This document shows positions 36,021 through 41,703 of a DNA stretch of 41,703 nt, piece by piece; the first letter of the stretch is position 1; each line of letters starts with the position of its first letter. The DNA comes from Catajapyx aquilonaris (taxonomy: Eukaryota): the NCBI GenBank assembly GCA_000934665.2, contig JYFJ02003444.1:1-41703 (forward strand), written 5' to 3'. Made by a program: the position numbers and the translations under genes. The notes beneath the pieces were generated by a model. That model ran no database searches. It was not told the DNA's origin and worked only from the letters and a program-made list of their open reading frames with translations.

Positions 36021-39000
36021 TTATAAGGCAGTAATTAGAGCTTCATCTAGGCAATGTTCTGAATGCTCTGAATCGTTGTCACTTGATATTGGCCTAGGAC
36101 ATGGGCAGGTAAGAAGTTCCTTTCCAGTCATAGTGACTGGTGAATTTTGATGAAACTCGACTAGGGCTTCTGAAAGTAACAAGGAATGAAATGGGGAATT
36201 ACATTAGCGAACATCTGTAAAAAATAACCTGACTGTTCAAAGCAAAGAGGGAACACTTTCTGTTGCACTTGTCCCATCCTTTTTTATGCCTCTTTCATAG
36301 GAGGCCATTCCTGGCATATGGAGTGAACCCTTCACTAAATCTTCAAATGAGAACGTTCTAACCAAACCTTTTTTTTTCCCCCAGAGTACTAATGAGGTGC
36401 AAGTCACTGGATACAGTGCTAGGACTGCAGAGAGGGTGTTTCCAAGATGTCCCATGTGACAGTAACACGATTCTTTGACACTAAATGGGGCATACAGGCC
36501 ATGGAATTGATAAGAAGGAAACAAATCCCATCGATTCCTTCTCATAATTCCCTGGCTGCCATGTTTTCAAATACAGTACTTCCCCACATTTGCAGGGGGA
36601 TATGTTCCAAGCCTCCCTGCAGATAGTTGAAACCACACATAATACAGTCCTCAGCTCCTGACTTTGTAGCCAGTGCTTCATATCTCCTTGATACTCTGAA
36701 AAAAGCTCTAGGTGGAAATAATATTTCTCCAAGAACTGAGGAGAAAGGTTATGATAGTAGATCAATACACACAGGGGATGGCCTCCTACAAACAGGACAT
36801 TGACAAAATTTGAATTCCATTGCCACCAGTTCATGAAAGTATCAGGAAAATATCATGAGAAAGAGGTGAAAATATGTACAGTACTTTCAATTAGCTATCA
36901 TCTAATGCGAATTTGAAGCTTTATAGGTACATTTCCAGACTACTTATCCCCACCACTATTGCTTTCCAACAGCTTTCATTTCTGCAAAGGCGTTTCATGG
37001 AATGTATAAACACAGCTCATTAGCCATGTAAAATTCAAACATCTATAAAACAGATATATTACTCACAACAATATATCAGAACTTCCACTTGCAGTTCAGA
37101 CTGTGAGTAACAGACTAATCTACAAAGGTTGTTATAATAAGTCTTCCTTCAAAAAAAGGTATGAATATCCATATGAATCAAACAATCAACCAAAACAGTT
37201 TCAATATATTAAACAGATACACTTTACACCATAATGCAACTATTGTAAAAATCAAGTGGAACTGGTTACTAACCTAGTGAACGATGGGGTGGTGTGGATG
37301 GATTTGCTCCAAGGAAAGCAACGTGCCCATCTGGAAGCATCCTAATGAGGAAATGCTTGCATCTCCTGCCTTGTTGTTGTTGTGCAGGACCAATAATGAG
37401 AACTGAGAGTGCCAAAGCACTGGCAATGCGCTCAGATTTTCTCACCAGGAAAGCAGACATTGGGGAAGGGGAACAGTGGTGAGTCAACTGTCGCAAGCTG
37501 TCCTCCAGTCTTCTCTCAGCCTCTGCCCTTCCAATGGAACCTAGAAGAATATTTCATCAACATTTGAATATATTGCTACAGCAAGCAAGATTTAAATTCA
37601 CACAATTTTTTGTTTTCATTTGCATGTTGGTTTTACTGAAAGACGTGCCTCGAAGACAGTGTACTGTACTTCCCATCTGTGAAAGCACCGCATGGGTAGG
37701 CCTATGCCCGCAGTTCCAAAGCAGTCCGATCAGTAATGGTAATGTTCCAATTTCAAACTTACATTTCTCCATTAGCCATTTTTCAATAACCAGCAACCCG
37801 AAGGGGCGACACATGGGGGGGGACAGATAGGGTGGGTGGGGAAGAGGAAAACGTCTGGGTGACAATGACGGCGGGAGAGACGAAAAAAGCGACCTTCACC
37901 CAGAGGTCAACATGAAACTGATCGGGTCCCACCCCCATTACATATGCTCGGAACCTTGTCGGAACAGGGGCCAATCGGAGGCGTCATGGTAACAATTCGT
38001 CTTGAATACGTTGCAGCAACAATGGACGGGGGCCAATAGGAAGAGGTGGCGGCGACAATAGGGGAGCGGACCAATCAGAGGGCTCGGTCAAAGTCCGCAA
38101 GCATTTTAATATTATAGATGCTCTGACATTGGGAGTGTTCATTCTAGCACTGGGATAATTCCATAAAACAGCCAATCCAACCAGTCTGTATGTTGACCTA
38201 AGTCTCATGCACAATGTGAAAACTACTCCAACTTTGTGCTAGCTGACCCAATATACCAACATTTCTCAACCTTTTGATCCTTGTGGATCCCTTGAAATAA
38301 TATTCAAGTCTCAGGGATCCCCTACAATCCTACATAAAAATTGTTATATTATAGACCTGCCAATTAATGACTCAAAAATGCAGTTACTTATAATATGATT
38401 AGCTTATTCATCATTATTTTTCGTGGCACCCCTAGCGATTGCTTGCAGAACCCTAGGGTTCCACGAAACCCAGGTTGAAATACCCTGCAATAGAAAGTCT
38501 AATAAAAGTGCCATTTATGTTCCTTAGAGTGCTTATGAACTACTAGTGTCCTCACAATTCATTAAATATGAAGTGATGTAAAACTAAGTACTAAAATGTA
38601 ACACCAATTTCTGCATGGTCCTCTTGTTTCTCAATGCTCCAAACTTACCATGAAACCAAGGCAGATGGTCCATTGATGGCATTCCAGTGTTATTGTTGTT
38701 CCAGTCTGGGTTACCCATAGCAGCATTAGAATTGTGTCCATTGCATGTGTTGCTATCACTTTTAATTGCTGCCAGCAGATGTTCCTTTCGAGCTTTACGT
38801 GCCACCTCACTGATCTTCTGAAGCGTATCTACGTTAAAAATAGAAAAATAAAATAAACAGTGGATACCCAGTGATAGGCCTTCTTGGGCCTTTTAGGGGA
38901 CCATCTTTTCATTAACCATCTTTAATCATTGCCTGTTCTGTGATGGATTTTGATTGTGGGAGGAAATGGAGGAGACCCAAGAAAAGCCATGCAAACATGG

Positions 39001-41174
39001 AGAGAGAACCCATCAAATCTCTAGCCATGTAAGTATCCTCTGTCTGACCCAGGGATCGAACTCAGGAACTCATGGGTGGAAAGGAATGAAGCTAGCCAGT
39101 AGCCACTACACCACTGTGCCACTCCAATAAGGAGTTTCTACAGGTATGTTACCCAAGGAAGGAATGAATAACATTATTATTGGAAAGGTAATGTAATAAG
39201 CCCTCAGTTCTAAATATGTCTTTATAAATAATTTCATAAAAGTTAAAACAAACATTACATGGTCTCTTGATTAAAAATACTTCTGTGCTCCACCCACAGT
39301 GTAAAGCTGGGCTCATAAGGTATGCAGTTTGGGAGCAATGTTCTGGTCATGATTCCGGTCCTGTTAGTTTCATTTGCACAAGGCAGACAGCATTGAACCA
39401 TATGAAGATATAACCCTGCCTCCCCTCCCCTCCTTTCACCCTCATTGGTTGATCCCCAAGCTCCAGACTGGTCACACAAAAATAAGGATGGCTTGGAATT
39501 TGAGATCATCATACATGGTGGGACAATACAGAATTTGTGATTGGTTGTTTCAAATTTTGGATCAGTGTGACCAGAACATTGGTGCAGACAGTATTCCATC
39601 TAAACACTGCTTAATATGAGGGGTAGTCACTTATCCACATTTTTGAGCTGATAAGGCTTATGGAGCATAATATATCATACACCGATAGAGGCATTCACCT
39701 ATTACAATACGTGACTGTTGCCCTTGGTCATGCCTGAATCGCATATGTGCAGCAGTAGTCTGAAATTAGCAGATGCTGGCTAGAGCATACCCAACCTCAT
39801 TATTCCAGAACACATCTGAGTGTGTTTCAAATGTGGACGTAGGATAGAGTGCAGACAATTGTTTGCTACAAATGTGCATGTGGCATGTGTGGTACAGTAC
39901 CACAATTGATAAGCAACTGGTGTGGCAATGGTGACAACAATACCATAATAGGCGATGTATGATAAACAAACAGAGATCCACACCATTTGTTCTAACATTA
40001 CTTCCAGGCCATACACCTCCATCAGCTGCTTATGGATTATGGTATACAGGTACCAACTATCATACATTCCTCATGTACTATATACGCCAAATTGTTTCAT
40101 ACCCCCGGGGTATGAAACAATTTGGCGTATATAGTACATTCAGAGTGGGCAAGTGCTGGCAGTTCGTCCTTTGTCCACATTTGCAACACACATCTGTTCT
40201 CCATTATGATTCCTGGAGTAATGTGGTGGACATGCTATGGTCAATGCATGTGCGCAATATGTACAATCAAGGCCAACCATCCAGTATCACAATAAGAGGA
40301 TGCCTCTACCAGTATATAATATTCACAAGTCCCCAAGTCCATTGGCTGCAAAAATATGAATACGTGAAACTTATTTTTGGAATACCCCTCATACTACCAG
40401 CAAGGCTTCCTGCATCTCTATGTATGAATGTGATGTTTTGGGTGATGCCATCATGGGGTTAGATTTGTCACTAGATATAAAATGCACCTTCAAACAAAAG
40501 TGCTACATCACTTGCACAATATGGCTTATCATAAACCACTTACATCTCATAACACTTACCCCGGTTTTGGCACATCTTGGCCACTTCTTCCTCGACTCTG
40601 GCTGATTGCTCTGCTGCCTGCTGGCTCAGAGTGGCCAAATCCTCCTCCTCCTCCATTCCAACCTCAGCAATGGTCTGTGACTTGGATCCTGATAAATGCT
40701 GGTGAAGGCGCTTCTCCCACAGTTGGATGCGTGCAGCCACTCGCCACTCACACTTTTCCATATATCGACCCTGTTAAAACAAGCCAGATATTGTCTTGAC
40801 AAGAGTACGGGTACAGGGTTGTTAATATGTACCAGCTGCTTTGACATATTTCCTAACTTCATATTGCCGTAACTATCCATACACTGGCTGAATATGACTT
40901 GCCTCAGGCTTGGAATAGTTCTGTTCTTTAAAATGTAATTTGTCACAGTTGTCAGAGGCAGGACTAGGTTCCTAAGTACTGCTCTTCTTAATAAATGTAA
41001 TTTTAAAAGCACAGCTCATACCACCACCAACTCACTTATTACTGAACTTTCATAACTCAAATCTTCATGAGACCAGAAAAACACTTCAGTTGTGGAACAT
41101 TCCAGTTACGGCATCAAGCTCAGTGAAACATGAAGTCCATGATTTTGGTTCTGCTGATTTCAGTGCTTCTTGTG
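36021..41174 (-). CDS. SH2 domain-containing protein 4 (SH2D4A/B-like), 3' part; 5' end lies beyond the window
   Basis: Confident exons 38828-38649, 37540-37274 and 36169-36021 give ...ARKARKEH...LPWFH|GSIGRAEAERRL...AFLVRKSERI...CKHFLI...HRSL|EALVEFHQNSPVTMTGKELLTCPC. Probable exon 40770-40560 and tentative exon 41174-41110 are phase-compatible. Confidence 0.8.
38257..38487. mobile_element. hAT-type MITE (intronic)
   Basis: Degenerate TIRs CAACATTTCTCAACC...GGTTGAAATACCCTG flanked by CAATATAC / CAATAGAA (6 of 8 match, 8-bp TSD). Confidence 0.65.
38861..39124 (-). mobile_element. SINE family C, older copy (intronic)
   Basis: Reverse complement aligns by eye with 29553-29810 (gagttcgatccc, gaggatactta, gatgggttctctc, tttcctcccac, tcaaaatccatcac, aggcccaag.aggccta, gggtatcca). 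Confidence 0.78.
40073..40139. repeat. perfect 67-bp palindrome
   Basis: ATGTACTATATACGCCAAATTGTTTCATACCCC-C-GGGGTATGAAACAATTTGGCGTATATAGTACAT: 33-bp arms with a 1-nt centre. Confidence 0.95.
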
Positions 41175-41261
41175 CTTGGAGAAGTTTAAAGAATATCACA
41201 GTACAAAAGTGTACTATCAGTCCACCAAGAATTGTCGTAGCGGCAGGGCACGAACTACAGT

Positions 41262-41703
41262 CAGGGCCGTCACCAGGGCGAGGCAAGTGGGGCGACCGCC
41301 CCGGGCCCCGTGCTCAGAGGGGCCCCGCGCCGTGCCTGTGGGAAGTTTAAATCTTGGCGCGAAGCGCCATCAGGAATTGACGAATATTACGCGCCTGGCT
41401 ACTTGGAAGGAAACTGGAATGTTTTCATGCCATGGCCCACACCGCGGCATCCGTCACTTTGCCGTAGCCTACCAATTCAAATCGAGCGGGATTGCATAGC
41501 GGTTTATTTTGATCGTGTAACGGCGTAGCATAGCAGCTAGCAGGGTATTAATGCCTGCAAATTCTTGCAAATGGCGAGTGTCGAGTCTCGAGTGCAATCC
41601 AATAGTTGAGTGCTAGTGGCGGTAGCCGTAGTAAACATCAGTGGCGCACCCACGGGGGGGGGGCTTGGGCTGCCAAAGCGAAAAAAATAACTATTACTTT
41701 AGA
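41262..41703. mobile_element. GC/CpG-rich DNA transposon or MITE ends, possibly nested, cut by the window edge
   Basis: CAGGGCCGTCACCAGGGCGAGGCAAGTGGGGCGACCGCCCCGGGCCCC at 41262 and CAGTGGCGCACCCACGGGGGG at 41639 look like CAG-type MITE termini; there is an abrupt composition shift. Confidence 0.5.

Noticed and set aside
39255..40462. ORFs of 95-167 aa in the SH2D4 intron
   Set aside because: No recognisable motifs, and the flanking exons 40770-40560 and 38828-38649 already join in phase.

Overview
Eukaryotic genomic DNA, most likely an insect (classic odorant-binding protein, tramtrack-type BTB, arthropod TATA/TCAGTT promoter); the exact taxon cannot be determined from the sequence. Nine protein-coding genes can be assembled by hand from GT-AG splice sites and phase-consistent exons, and they alternate strand along the window: Cdc37 (-, single coding exon), an intact pogo/Tigger-derived DD32D protein (+), a BTB-plus-atypical-homeodomain gene (-), PRKRIP1 (+), COX10 (-), an 8-cysteine odorant-binding protein made of six small exons (+), a CDKL kinase (-), a secreted His-rich (IPVVHK)x9 protein (+), and the 3' part of an SH2D4-like gene (-). 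Between and inside the genes are a tRNA-Ala pseudogene, a decayed mariner, three families of tRNA-derived SINEs, piggyBac-, Harbinger- and hAT-type MITEs, long palindromes, an inverted triplication and microsatellites. The most unusual items are the BTB-homeodomain architecture with a 15-aa insertion, its tail-to-tail pairing with a TIR-less Tigger ORF that keeps its catalytic triad, and the His-rich hexapeptide-repeat protein. All family assignments come from recalled motifs; no database search was run.
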